Source of the DNA: Guillardia theta CCMP2712
Taxonomy: Eukaryota; Protista; Cryptophyta
Direction of reading: 5' to 3'
Assembly: GCF_000315625.1 (NCBI RefSeq)
Contig: NW_005434664.1
Coordinates: 969,424-1,033,423 of the forward strand
Length of the DNA stretch: 64,000 nt
The position numbers were made by a program, and so were the translations under genes. The first letter of the stretch is position 1. Every line of letters begins with the position of its first letter. Below, piece by piece: positions 1 through 12,323 of this stretch. The notes under the pieces are model-generated. The model did not search any database. It saw only the letters and a program-made list of their open reading frames with translations, and had not been told where the DNA came from.

Positions 1-395
1 TGTGAAGCCCTCGCTGTCGCAGAGCTTCTTCGCCTCTGCAGGAGTCTTTTCCCCCGTCAACTAGCAGCTGCTATCGCCGACCCTCTCCCTCACCTTCTTG
101 GGCACTTCCGACATGGACAGAGACCTGGGACGAGCTCGTCACGCGTACAGCAGGCAGGCGCAGCAACAAACACATGAGGCGGGGAAGCATCCTGGCAGGC
201 CGAGAGGAAGGAAGCTGCGAGCAGGTCACGAGGAGGAGGCCCGTGCTGTCTTGCTAACCTTGCTGGTGCATGTCTGAGGAGCGAGCGCCCTACCAGCATC
301 GTCGTCATCGTCTCTCACAGCCCTTGCAGTGTAGATGCACAGACCTTCTCAACGTGGGGCACGGGCTCAAGGAAAAGGCACTGGTGTATGCAATG
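1..395 (-). CDS. 5' part of a multi-exon gene, possibly a plastid-targeted protein; runs off the window
   Basis: Minus-strand exons bounded by GT/AG read ...LIAYTSAFSLSPCPTLR (SA|F presequence-like), SLSMSEVPKK and LTGEKTPAEAKKLCDSEGFT. The start codon was not resolved. Confidence 0.4.
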
Positions 396-1568
396 AGCAC
401 TGAACGACATGAAATGTTAGTCAAGCCCCCGCATACGACCCGAGGTTTCAGGTCTCTTCTTGCATCTCCATGCTATCAGCTGAACTTGTATACCCTATCT
501 GCCCCTCTGCCTCTGCTTTGTTCGCTATATGACTCTGTATACACTCCGAAAACACGGATCCATGTGTTAACATCGGTTCGCGTTTAGTTTTCCTCCTTTA
601 CAACCCTCTGCTCCTGTGCCTTCATGTTTTTTTCTCATTTTCATTCCAAAGACATATTTCATTTTGCGATGCTGTGTTTGTTTCTCTCCTTCTCTCCCTT
701 TCATGTCAGTGCGCACAACTCCAATCCTCAGGCGATTCCCAAAATCCTCCTGTTCGTCCCTTCTCGTCCATCTTGGTCTTCTTCTCTTCAGCGCCGTCTT
801 CTTCCCCTCTATGCAAATATTCTATCCTCTTCATCCTCTCTATCCTCCTCCTCCTCTCCTCCTCCTCCTCCTCGCACCTGCGGCCATGGCCGTGCGCATC
901 GCAGAGGCCATGAACATGGGAAGGACTCTTGCCCACTCCCAACCCTCTTCCGACCCACCCCTACCCTCTCCATATGAAACTCACCCCATACAATTCCACT
1001 ACAAATGTGGGAAAAGAAGGGGTACACAAATGTACCCTCCATGTATGTACTACCACCACTACCCTCCTGCACGTCCCCGATTCAACTAGAACTTCTCAGT
1101 CGTTACTAACCGTTACAAATGATTTTGTACGTTACACAATTCGTTGTTCCAGAATGAGTGGTCGCATCGGAGAGCAAACGATGGTGGGGGAGGGCAAACA
1201 GGAGGGAGGGGGAGAGGACAAACAGGAGGGAGAACGATAGGGTAACGAGGAGGGGGAACGAGAGGGAAACCAGGAGGGAGGAGGAGAGGGCAAACAGGAG
1301 GGGCGAGAGGAAGAAGTAGACCTAACGAAGAGGAGGAGAGGCCAAGGGCAGGGGTAGAAGACGAGGGCAGAGTAAGGGGGATGAATGGAGAAGTAGTAAC
1401 ACACGTAAGAGGCCGATAAGTTTAGGAAAGAGAATAGACTTAGAAAATCATAATTGTGAGGGGTTAGCAATGATACGCAAATGTAAATGTCTTATCTTGC
1501 TGCATTCTGCAGTTGGTTCGATAAGGTGGTGACGAAACATGGGGTGGAACTTGGCAGTCTTGTTTTGA

Positions 1569-3334
1569 ATGTACTTTCGCCTGCTTCATATCAAAGGTAC
1601 TCGTGACACGCTCCCTGTTCAAGACGTTGACAGTGCATGGCAGCTCGTGTATACAGATGAAGAGTCTCTCTGCATTTCAGGTCCGCTCCAAGCCTTGCTG
1701 CTAGCTCATGGTGCCTCTAACATCGCATTGGCCGACTGTCACACGCAGACTCCGATGGGTCTGCGTCAACCGCCAATGCTCTCACGTCCCCTGGCGCATG
1801 TTCCTCGTGTGTCACCTCAGAGTCTGTTGCTCCCGCTGATGCTGCCGCTGCTAGGGGACGCAACTCTTCTCTCGCTGCGAGGAGGGCATGCGCAGGAGGA
1901 TGGGAACGAAGTACCCTCTCGCAATGGCGAGGCCTGCCTGACTTGCATGCAGGTGGTATTCGCTAAGGAGAAGAAGAGCATGCGGGTTGAGCTGTGGGCT
2001 GCTCTGTTCGGCATGTCCATCATCAATATCATCGCATGTGCCTTCGCATGCCACTGCGTCCCACCGTTAGACTTGTGACTGTTTACAGCCACAGAGATGG
2101 CCGAGGACACGATGGTGCGAACGATGAAAGCGCTGAAACACCAGGCAGCGATCAGTTGACGCTCTTGCACACCTTGACGCCCTTGCAGGTGATGAAGAAA
2201 GATTATGCTGAGGATGTAGAGCGAGGTGAAAGCTCCCAATTCCTGCGCCTGCACTTGGCATCAGTGAGTTTGACATGTCCTGATGCCCTCCATGGTCCGT
2301 TGACGGGGAGTACTTCAAGGTGGACAAGAATGTGTCGGTGGATCCGCCGTCCTTTGACCAGGCTGACAACGATCCGATGCTATGGTGAGGGCTGTTAGAG
2401 GGGGGGCATGAGCAAGGGGCTTCAGAGCAGTGACTCAGGTCAGAGTCAGTGGCTAGACGAGATAGCAGCAGAGACATGATACGGCAAGTCGGTCATGTTT
2501 GACTGCAGGTATCGAGTTCACTCCATGGGCATCAGCACATGGGCGAACAGGGCACTGCTGATGTCACTCCATTCCTTCCTGCAAGAGAAGGGAGGGAGGC
2601 TGTACCTGGGGGGTTGTGAGAAAGATTTACAAGTGGTCGACTATGGGCTGTGTAGAAAGGTATGCCTCCTCCTCGCCTAGATACCTCGTGCTCCTCCACT
2701 TCATCCTCGTGTTGTCCTGCTCGATGTAATCCTCACCCTCTCAGTTGCTCTCTCACTCCTCCCCGGCAGCATCTTATACTGATTCACTCGGTTCATTTCA
2801 GGAACTCGACAAGAGCATTCCTCGTTTGAAGCTAGTCTTCCCAAACCAGAGGTGAAGGAGAGAACCTGCTGGAACCCAGCTCATCTCCAGCCCGCAGTTA
2901 CATCGAGCAACCTCTTCAGTTTGAAAACATCTATTTCAAGCTCGAGAATGTGACGACATGATACCGCCTCCAACTTCATTAGACTGCTCTGACCCTCAAG
3001 TTTCCTCCCAGGGCGAGGAGATCCGGGTCGACTTCACAGCTTCTCAATTCGGTTTCTACGACTACCTTCCTTGTTATCCTCGTCCCACAAGGTCTTCAGC
3101 TCCCCCTTGCGACGTCCTTTGTGCCACCCTCACTTCCCATGCTGCCAGCGTGAAGCCCATGAGCATGTGGCTTCCAGCGACGCACCCGGTGAACAAGTAG
3201 TTGTCCTGCGACCCGTGAGCCTGTTATTTTCACAGACCCCTGAGTTTGCACACTTCCACATGTACATCATGGATCAAGGAGAACATGTGGAAGAGGTGAA
3301 GGAGAAACCTGTGGAGGACTATCACGTCATATAG
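1569..3334 (+). CDS. Multi-exon hypothetical protein with an LRGG-containing N-terminal region
   Basis: GT-AG-bounded exons include ...LLSLRGG..., VVFAKEKKSMRVELWAALFGMSIINII, EYFKVDKNVSVDPPSFDQADNDPML, YRVHSMGISTWANRALLMSLHSFLQEKGG, GEEIRVDFTASQFGFYDYL and ...KPVEDYHVI*. No family recognised; start uncertain. Confidence 0.6.
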
Positions 3335-3649
3335 TGATTGAGTGTCGCAGGCCTCCAATAGTCGAAACGTGCATCTGAATGATGCGATCACTGGACAGAA
3401 TGTTTGCATTGCATAACGTGTTCTGCCCTGAAACTTACAACACTTTATCCTGGCAGGTGGCTTGCAGTCCTTACAATCCTCCAAGCGTAGGACGAAAACA
3501 GTCAAGTAGCACAATGATCTGATCATTTTGAAGGTTTCGGCTTTCCACAAATCGTCGGAACAAGTGTTTGGTATTTCCTACTTGGACCAACTAGTCTCGG
3601 TGCCATGTTGCTGATTGATGTCATCTTGTCAAACTCTTCTCTTCAAAGA

Positions 3650-5532
3650 AAGCAGATGAACTTAATCTCACTGCCGACGAGGTTGCAGTGCTGCACTGTT
3701 CCTTCATGGGCAGTAAGATACTCCCTTGGATATATCTGCATGCTGGTGACTGTCGAACAGGTTTGGAATCCACCCAAAAACATGCCATAGAGACATTTCG
3801 AAACGACACTCAGCCTCTTCTGTGGTTTGCATACCAGTGAGAACAACTAATGCAAAAGTGATCAAAGATTGAATTCGATCGCCAGATATGCAAAAGCGTA
3901 CATGCACAGCCCTTGGCTCATAGAGGATGGAGAAGATGTAAGGAAGCAAACTGGGATGAAAACAAGACGCTGATATCTGACTAGTTCCTAATGCTCTCAG
4001 GTGAACATCACATACTGGAAAGCAGAGGAAAGGCTGCAAGGACTTATTCCCCTACACTGGGCTGCGCTACACGGTATGAACAGAGCAACTAATCCTCGCC
4101 TTCTCCTTTCTTTTCTCCCCCCCCCCCCCCCCCACCCTTTCCGTTCCTTTCCCTGTCCTCCCCTTCCCGGCTTTGCCCTTCCATCTTCTTTCCTCTATCC
4201 TCTCCTCTTTCCACTCCTTTCCTCGCTTGTTCGACTGAAAACTCGCAGGTTACGACAGTGAATTGAGAAAGATGTTAAGGGATCTGCGCATGAATTTTTC
4301 CGAAGACTCTCGAGGATTGAATGCTCTTCACTGGGCGGCCCTGAATGGGCACCACAGCACGGTGAGGAGGAGTGGGAATAAGAAACAATCCTGGCATCTT
4401 GGATGCTACGGAAAACAGAAAGTGAAGGCAGAAGCAGGGGGGCAGGGGGAAGGGGAGTAGGAGCAGAAGGAGAGGGAGACTGAAAACTCAAACGAGGTCT
4501 CCTCAAATGATTTCTATGGCTGCAGGTGAGGATGCTGGTGAAGGAATTTAATGTGGACCCCAACTGCCGGGACAAGGATGGCATGCCCCCGCTCCTCGCA
4601 GCAGCTGGGAACAACTACGTAGACACCGTCCGCGTCCTGCTGGAAGAATGCCGGGCGGACGTCAGCCTGGCGGATGAGGACGGTAATGATCGCTGTTTCC
4701 CTCATGACTTGCCTGGATGGTGACGGAGGAGGCAGGTCTTACTGCTGCTCACTGGGCGGTGAACGTCGGCAACTTCGACCTGCTCCATATGCTCGTGAAG
4801 AAGCACGGAGCAGACGTAAACGCGATTGACAAGGAAGGGCAGACTCCGCTACATCTCGCAGCATCTCTAGGGAGTCCTCAGATGGTGTATCAGATCATCA
4901 CTGAGCTCAACGCGAGCCTCCTCGTCCTTGACATCGCTGACTACAACGCCTCCGACATCGCCTTCATGAACGGCAACCCGGACACGCAAGACGTGATCCT
5001 TGAGCTGGCTCAGTTGGGTCCCAAGGGGGCTGAGACAAGCTTCGAGGAGGTGATGAAGAGGATCCGAGCTCGACGACAAGAGAACAAGATCCATGAGCAT
5101 CAAACTGATCGAGGGAAAGAACCCCAAAGTCCTCCTCCAAAGACTAGAACCGAGTCCTCAGGCAAGAAAGGTTGCGAGGAGGAGGCTTGCCTTGTGGTAG
5201 AGCATGAACGTCTCTCAGGCTCTCAACAGCATCGATCTTCTAGCAGCAGAGGGACCCGGTTCCCCAAGATCTATGGGCGATCCAAGGATGCGGTACTGGA
5301 CCAGGACTGGTTATTATGTCGGAGCTGATAAGCTGCTGCCGCCGGCAGGTTCGGATGCAGCTGCAGCAGGAGCTGGCGCGAAGACGAGAGGTCAAGGCAC
5401 AACAAGAGGCTCTTGAGAGGTCTCAGAAGGGGAGCAGAGGAACGTGAGGTGCTGTAGTCGTTTGACGACGAAAGAAGTTCGGTCTACTCACAGTGGCCGC
5501 GACTCCACTAGCTCAATCATGTCAGAGCCCTA
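3650..5532 (+). CDS. Ankyrin-repeat protein with a charged/coiled-coil C-terminus
   Basis: Ankyrin motifs GLIPLHWAALHG, GLNALHWAALNGH, DKDGMPPLLAAAGNN, GLTAAHWAVNVGN and DKEGQTPLHLAASLG occur across spliced exons. Both ends are approximate. Confidence 0.85.
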
Positions 5533-6049
5533 GCACAGCTAGCTCAACTGATCTTCGCTACCATTTCGTGTCACAACCCGTAAAGCTTGGGGGTGTGACA
5601 CGAAATGTGGTAGCGACAGTATTGGTGTTGTAGTGAGTTTTTGTACTGTGTGTTGTCTTCCCTCTCTCTCCACTGTTCTAGAAGAGCCCTGCGGGACCCC
5701 GACAACACTGGCATGGCTGCCTGGAGGCAGTCCGATCGTTCAAGACACAACGAGGAAATCATGGAAGACAGTCTTTCAGGATGTCCATGACATAGCGCAT
5801 GACCCGGTATTCCCCCAGCATTTAAGTGCCCTCCATCAAGACGGTTCGATCCGAAGTTATACACGCCGTGCCATCATGAAGGGGGCAGCGTTCCACGTGC
5901 GGTCCCCTCCGAGCGGAGCACTGATGCACCAACAGGATGCCGCACACTTTCACATTTGCCCGCGACGATCTCGCCCCCAAGATTGAAGCGGCGGAGGTCT
6001 AGCAGAGACTTGTGAGGCAATAATTGAATACTGTGGAACGTCATGATGC

Positions 6050-6312
6050 CCAGTCACGTCACTTCCTGAAACTTCGGCAGTGAACGTGTGATCCCGGGTC
6101 CCGGGGTCCAGAGGCTGAGCGGGCCCGGGGGGTGCTTTGAGCATGCAGTGAGTCATCGAGTCACGAGTCGCTGTAGACGTCCGCAGCCCGTAAAGCTTTC
6201 CGAGCGGCGGGGAGTTCGGGGTGTGACGAATAAGTCAACTTTTGAGATTCCCCCCCCGGGGCTCCCGGTGGGCGGCCGGACCGTACCGTAGTGTCGGGTC
6301 TTCAAGGTGACC
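6050..6312. promoter_or_regulatory. GC-rich island with GAGTC/CCGTAC motifs upstream of the RWP-RK gene
   Basis: Contains tgagtca, cgagtcacgagtc and accgtaccgta; same composition as the other islands. Confidence 0.45.
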
Positions 6313-6432
6313 GTCCTTTTACTCAATGTTAAGTTAAAATGAGAGCGAGGACCGTAGTTTTAGTCAACGGAAAACCCTACTGTCACTGTGGAGTGACTTA
6401 TTGGTACTAGTCTTTTTTACTCAAAAGTAAGG
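6313..6432. repeat. Degenerate copy of the inverted-repeat element at 55919-56036, in opposite orientation
   Basis: gtccttttactcaatgttaagttaaaatgagagcgaggaccgtagttttagtcaa aligns to the reverse complement of about 55987-56039 (gtcctttactcaaagttaagttaaaaatcagtacgagcagtagtccgggtcaa). Confidence 0.6.
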
Positions 6433-6868
6433 TGGTGCTGGGCGCAAGCGCTGAACTTCTCAGGGGGCCAGAAAGGAACTTTACAGGTTCCGAATCACTC
6501 GGAAAGTTCCTATGGGGGTAAAAGCGCAGGGGACGATTTATTAGGGGAAAAAGGGCCAGGTGGACGGGGGGTGGGGGTTTTATGACCAATAAGATACCGG
6601 CCAGCCAAGAGTCGGATGAGGGGGTCCTGTGACTCGGCAAGAGGGGTGGGGTGATGGGAACTGGAAAGAAAACTTTGGGGTGGGGTGAAGGGGCTGCGCT
6701 GGCGGACCTACTGGCGAGGACTAGCTTACCACCGTGGTTTCCATGCTGGAAAGAAGGGGTGGTAAGTGGTCGATGCTCGTATTTCTACAATAATAAGAGA
6801 GCTAAAGAGCTTCATTCCCCTGCCATGAGCGCGCAGGCCGATGGAGGGATGTTGGACAACTGAGGAAG

Positions 6869-8451
6869 GTGGATGAAGGTACCAAGAATGAGAACGATAC
6901 AGTTCCTCCGAACAAGATACCTGACAACACTGATTGCATACAATCAGACAAGAGGCAGTTTGTTGAGCTAAGACGACTCAGTCATCACAAACAATCCCTT
7001 GCGTTGAGGAGAGAACAAATTATGCAACCTGACGTCCTCGACGACCATCAGTCAAATCCGATTCCAACCAACAGATCATCTCTCATGAGCTCCTCTATCT
7101 CCTCAATGCCTGATATCCTCCACAGCCTAACTCCGTCTCAGACTTCGGACTCCTTCCTCTTCGATCCTTCGGCTCCCCGTAACGTGTCCTACCGGGCATG
7201 TGCACAAAACCTCTCTCCACCAGACCCGGCGTGGGCGCCCCCCTGTCCAAGCCCTTGGCAGTCAGACCTCTGGACGATACCCTTCCCCTCGACCAGCGCT
7301 GCCCTCCAAGCCTCCCTTCCAAACGCGCTGGAACCGAGCGAGCTATCATACGGGCAGTGCATCCTACAGAACCTCGCGAGCTCTCTCCCCGCCACCTACG
7401 CGGACATCGCGCGATGTTGGGACCGTCTGCCCGCTGCTGCTGCTGCTGCTGCTGCAAGCATGGAAGAGGACCAGAGCAGCATACGCCAGGTATCAGGCAC
7501 TTCTGACGTCAGAGTCACACTTGCTTGGACTGCAACGGACACCTCCTGCTTCTCCGCAGACGTCAAGCCCACTCCCGATCATTCCAGCCTGAGTGTGGCG
7601 GAGGGGCCGGGCCTTGAGGAGAACGAGGACGCGCCGGCGATGCTGGACCATGGGCTCATCGACCGATGGAGGGAGACAATCAAACAAGTTGGCGAGGAGA
7701 AGGATGGCAGTGAGGGCGTCGTGATCGTCTTGGCGCGGAAGGGGAGGTCAGAAGCAGCAGCGAGGAAGCGAGTGGAGGTGACGTACGAGATGCTGGCGAG
7801 TCATTTCAACAAGAGTCTGGTAGAGACGTCGAGAAAGATCGTAAGCTTGTTGCTGATGTGCTCGAGTCTGGTACTGACAGGAGGACGACGATGCTTGCAG
7901 GGGATCGGCAAGTCTACTATGAAGATAGTGTGCAGGAGGCTGGGGATCCACAAGTGGCCGTACAAGCACACGGGGAAGAGGCGCAGGCGAAGTCAGATGA
8001 CAGAAGAGCCGGTGAGTGGCCTCTGGGGGGGGGGGGGGGACGGCAAGGACTTGGCCAACTGACCAAATGTTTGGCCTGCTTGTCGGAAGGCAGGGAGCTA
8101 GAGGGTAGGGAGCTAGAGGGTAGGGAGCTAGAGGGAAACTTGTTATGTTGTTTCTTTGTCATAACGATGATGCACGTTGCTGCTCGATTCGGTGAGCCTT
8201 GTTTCGTTGGTCGTCGAGTCTTTGATTTGATGCGCTAAATCCTAGAATGTCGTTCTCTCCTTCGAGTGACTGAGACGTACCTGCAGATGCCCTTCGACCT
8301 GTCCGACATTGAGTCGCAAGAGGAGGAGCAACGCGACGAGGATGGAGGCAGAGGAACTCAACTTGATCGCGTTGCTGAGGAAGACCAAGGGAATGCAAGC
8401 AGTTATGCTCGGAGAGACAGTAGCCGGATGACCGACACATCAAAGTCCTAA
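6869..8451 (+). CDS. RWP-RK domain transcription factor
   Basis: VTYEMLASHFNKSLVETSRKI [intron 7841-7900] GIGKSTMKIVCRRLGIHKWPYK matches the RWP-RK consensus. A probable last exon at 8287-8451 follows the gtgagt donor at 8012. Start uncertain (first in-frame ATG at 7022). Confidence 0.88.
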
Positions 8452-8777
8452 AAACTAAAGTAAGTGTGTAAATTTATGCGTGAATTAAGGCAGGTTCCAT
8501 CATCTCCACGCTTGTTTGCTTTCCCGTTTCTTCTCGTATTCGACACTTTTCTTCCTTGTTCTCCTCCTTCTTTTCCTTTTTCTCATCCTTTACGTTGCCT
8601 TCTCTAGTGTGCCGAGCCAGAACCACTCCCTCATCCTCCTTCACTTCTCCTAAATTTTTACCTCTTTTCCTCTAACCTTTTGCTATGACATTTCTCGTCG
8701 CAACTTCAACATTTTCATGCTCAATCTCCCTCCTTCCGTTCCTTCTTACAACATCCAGCGACTCTACCTTCTGATCT

Positions 8778-9012
<235 letters not shown>

Positions 9013-9120
9013 TACCTTCTGATCTCTCTCACCTGTCGTCCGACTTTCTGTGCCCAAGTGGCTTCAACGAGCAACAACACAATGTCTGGTTAGAGCGGCG
9101 GAAGGAGGACGCGGGGGCGG

Positions 9121-9515
9121 NNNNNNNNNNNNNNNNNNNNNNNNNNNNNNNNNNNNNNNNNNNNNNNNNNNNNNNNNNNNNNNNNNNNNNNNNNNNNNNN
9201 NNNNNNNNNNNNNNNNNNNNNNNNNNNNNNNNNNNNNNNNNNNNNNNNNNNNNNNNNNNNNNNNNNNNNNNNNNNNNNNNNNNNNNNNNNNNNNNNNNNN
9301 NNNNNNNNNNNNNNNNNNNNNNNNNNNNNNNNNNNNNNNNNNNNNNNNNNNNNNNNNNNNNNNNNNNNNNNNNNNNNNNNNNNNNNNNNNNNNNNNNNNN
9401 NNNNNNNNNNNNNNNNNNNNNNNNNNNNNNNNNNNNNNNNNNNNNNNNNNNNNNNNNNNNNNNNNNNNNNNNNNNNNNNNNNNNNNNNNNNNNNNNNNNN
9501 NNNNNNNNNNNNNNN
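9121..9515. other. Assembly gap; others at 17249-17752, 20258-20507, 31340-31439, 33926-34115 and 35679-35875
   Basis: Runs of N, mostly next to simple-sequence tracts. Confidence 0.99.
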
Positions 9516-9873
9516 GGAGGAGGAGGAGGTGGTGGTGGTGGATGCGTGGGCAGAACTGGAACTGAAGGATGTATAGGAGCTGGGTCGCATTAAATCAGTC
9601 AAGATCTGATGTTGGGGAAGAGTTTGTCAGGAATTTGTGCAAAAAGGAGCGAAGAAATCAACAACATTCGCGTCGACGTGCAGATGGTGGAGGACCTACT
9701 AGCCGGGGACAAAGGAGGAGGAGGTGCAGGAGGAGGAGGAAGAGGCATAAGAAGGAGCAGCGACAAGGAAAACGAAGTCGAGGAGAAGACCAGGAGAAGC
9801 TTGTGACGAGAAGACAAGGAGGAACACAACATGAGAGAGAACGACATTCTGCTCAAACAAGCTTCAAGCATCG

Positions 9874-10441
9874 ATGGTTCTCCCTACCAGACCCAGTGCC
9901 CCCCTCTGCGAGCCCTGCGATCCCCTTCCCCTCGACCAGCACTGTCCTCCAAGCCTGCCTCTGCTCCCCGCAGGTCATTCCAGCTCTTCCTCTCAGCCTG
10001 ACCCGCTCGAGCACGAGGGAAGCTGCGAGGTGGAGGACCGTCGTCGGGGTGGCCTAGAGTGGAGAGAGCAGTGGAGGGAGGGGAGGAGGAGGTCTGCGGC
10101 AGCTTCGGCCCTGACGGTCTCTCGTGCCCGACTCTCACGCCGGACCCTCCCTGCGCACGGGACGCCCTCCCTCACCCCCCTCCGCGGGCTCCTCCCGCGC
10201 GACGCTGGGGCCGAGCGAGCTATCATACGGGCAGTGCATCCTACAGAACCTCGCAAGCTCTCTCCCCGCCACCTACGCAGACATCGCGCGATGTTGGGAC
10301 CGTCTGCCCGCTGCTGCTGCTGCTGCTGCACCAGGCACTTCTGACGTCAGAGACACACTTGCTTGGGCTTCGATCGCCGCCGTCTTCGGAAAGGCACTCA
10401 TCATCGAAGGTGGACTGATGGTCCTCGGACAGGGACAATAG
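9874..10441 (+). pseudogene. Partial duplicate of the RWP-RK gene N-terminal/middle region, lacking the RWP-RK domain
   Basis: About 9918-9956 matches about 7276-7313, and about 10203-10366 is nearly identical to about 7326-7527 (PSELSYGQCILQNLASSLPATYADIARCWDRLPAAAAAA...GTSDVR.TLAW) with an internal deletion. Confidence 0.7.
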
Positions 10442-10729
10442 AGTCAAGCCTTGCTGGTCGAGGAGGCCCACTGAGGCATCGGACAGCCAGGAGTTCGGAG
10501 AGAGCGTCATGCCCGGCCAAGGCGCATGATGGCACGAGCATGCGACGCTCAGATCTGAGTCAACCGTAAAACTGACGGACTCTTGCAGTTGCTGCAATGA
10601 TGGGCCATCTAATTCAAGCCCATGATGATCGAATGTCGGGTTAGATCTGAGACCATCTGGCGTAGTGGCTGATCGCTCCACAAGCTGACTGTTCACGGTT
10701 CTAGTACATCATGACTAGTCAATGATTCT

Positions 10730-12270
10730 CTGTGAGCCTGGACTCCCAACCCTTGAACGTTCCCAAAGGCCGACTGAAGTACGGTCCGGTCACTCCGAGC
10801 TCTGCTCAGCGGCCGGATGAGTCCGTCTGTGCCCTCTCACTGACTGTTTCGCCCCCCATCGGATCGCCAGAGCCGCCGCTAAGAACAGTGAGTCACTCTG
10901 AGCGGCTCAGTAGTACTAGGCTAAGGCGGGCCTGGGCGGATCTCAGGCAGGCTGCCACGGACGGTGACTGCCACCGGCCCGCGGGCTCCTGCCGCAGTGC
11001 CGCAGTGCGTGCCGCTGTACGGTCACCGCGGGGCGGCGGCCCGGACGGCGGGCGGCCCTCGCCGGCCGTTGGAGGTCCGTGCGTACGGTCCGTAAGTCTG
11101 CCGCGCACCCTGCCCCCCCCCCCTGACGAGATACAGATGTTGAAGCTCGTTTACTTCAAGCGATCAACACCTGATTCGTTCTCCCATGCTTCCTCCCACC
11201 TGCAATTCACGCGGCCCTCTCCGCACCTAACTCCCTTCAAAGGCTTTCTGACTCGAATAGCGGTGCCCTTCGGGGCCCTGTTCTGGCAGTGGTCCTAAGA
11301 ACAAACTACCGGGCCGACGGTACTCTGCACCTTCTTATCCGTGATATGGTTCCTCGACCCGAGTCCGACAGACCCCGGCCCGGGCTCCGAGCGGCTTGCA
11401 GTCACAATGGCACTGCGGCAGAGTCTTCCGGGACTCCACGGTCTCCCAGTGACCGTACCGTACACTGAGTCCGATTCGTGACTGCCACCGTGCCACGGTC
11501 CATGACCGTCGCCCGTGATCGGACCAGGGCCGGCCCGGGGTGGGCCACCCCGCCAGGTAAGCCGCTGACTCGGCCCGGCCCGCTTATGCCTGAGAGTCGC
11601 CTCAGAGTCACGGCGGGGGCCCGGCGGGCTGTCTCCCGGGAGTCCCGGCCCGGGCCATGAATCCTAGCCTGGCTCCTCCGAGTCAGCAGTGCAGTGCGGC
11701 GCCACGGTGCCCCGGCTATCGCGGGCTTCCTGCTGAGTCCGGCGGCCCTCCTACCGTACGTCTGACCTTAGCAAGACGGCGGCTAGGAAGCGGCCTCCGA
11801 CTCTTCGTCTCTGCACTACATGCCGACAGGCTTGAACACGTAAGTCGTCTTCAAAGGCTTGGTTTACAGGAGAGTTTTTGTTAACTCGGCGCTATCTGAC
11901 TGGCACGGCTGGCATACGATCCATCTACGTCACGTGGAGTCCTTGATCGAGTCATCACACTGTGACAGGCGCAGTGTTGCTGCCCGGGCACGGTCGGACG
12001 GTCCCCAAGAATACAGGCCGGGCTTTCCGGGGAGTCCAGCATCTGTGCATCATCCCGAGTCGAGCCACATCAACTGAGCTTGACATAGCCTGAGGTGAGT
12101 CCGACTCAGTAGTCCGACTCATGGTACGCCGGGTCATCAACACGGCCCCACGGTCTGACGGGCGGGCCGGGCCATGATCCGTCCCGAGTCCGCCGGGAGT
12201 AGGATACGCCGGTCACTGTGGCAACGGCCCCTGCGACGGTTATAGCAGGTCAAAATCCGAGTGGCAACGG
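10730..12270. promoter_or_regulatory. Long GC-rich island upstream of DNAL1
   Basis: Dense GAGTC/GACTC, GTACGG/CCGTAC, GTCAC and CCGGG words; ORFs here are Pro/Gly/Arg-rich noise. Confidence 0.55.
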
Positions 12271-12323
12271 AAACCGTGAACACACTGACTAGAGTGCATT
12301 GAGCGGGGACGTTATATCGGAAA

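Noticed and set aside
5571-6050. Possible small gene between the ankyrin and RWP-RK genes
   Set aside because: It looks coding-like, but I could not build a consistent spliced frame or recognise a motif.
10732-12143. Pro/Gly/Arg-rich ORFs in GC islands (also at 51.5, 56.0, 58.2 and 62.3 kb)
   Set aside because: Stop codons are scarce in GC-rich DNA, several frames are open at once and no domains are recognisable.
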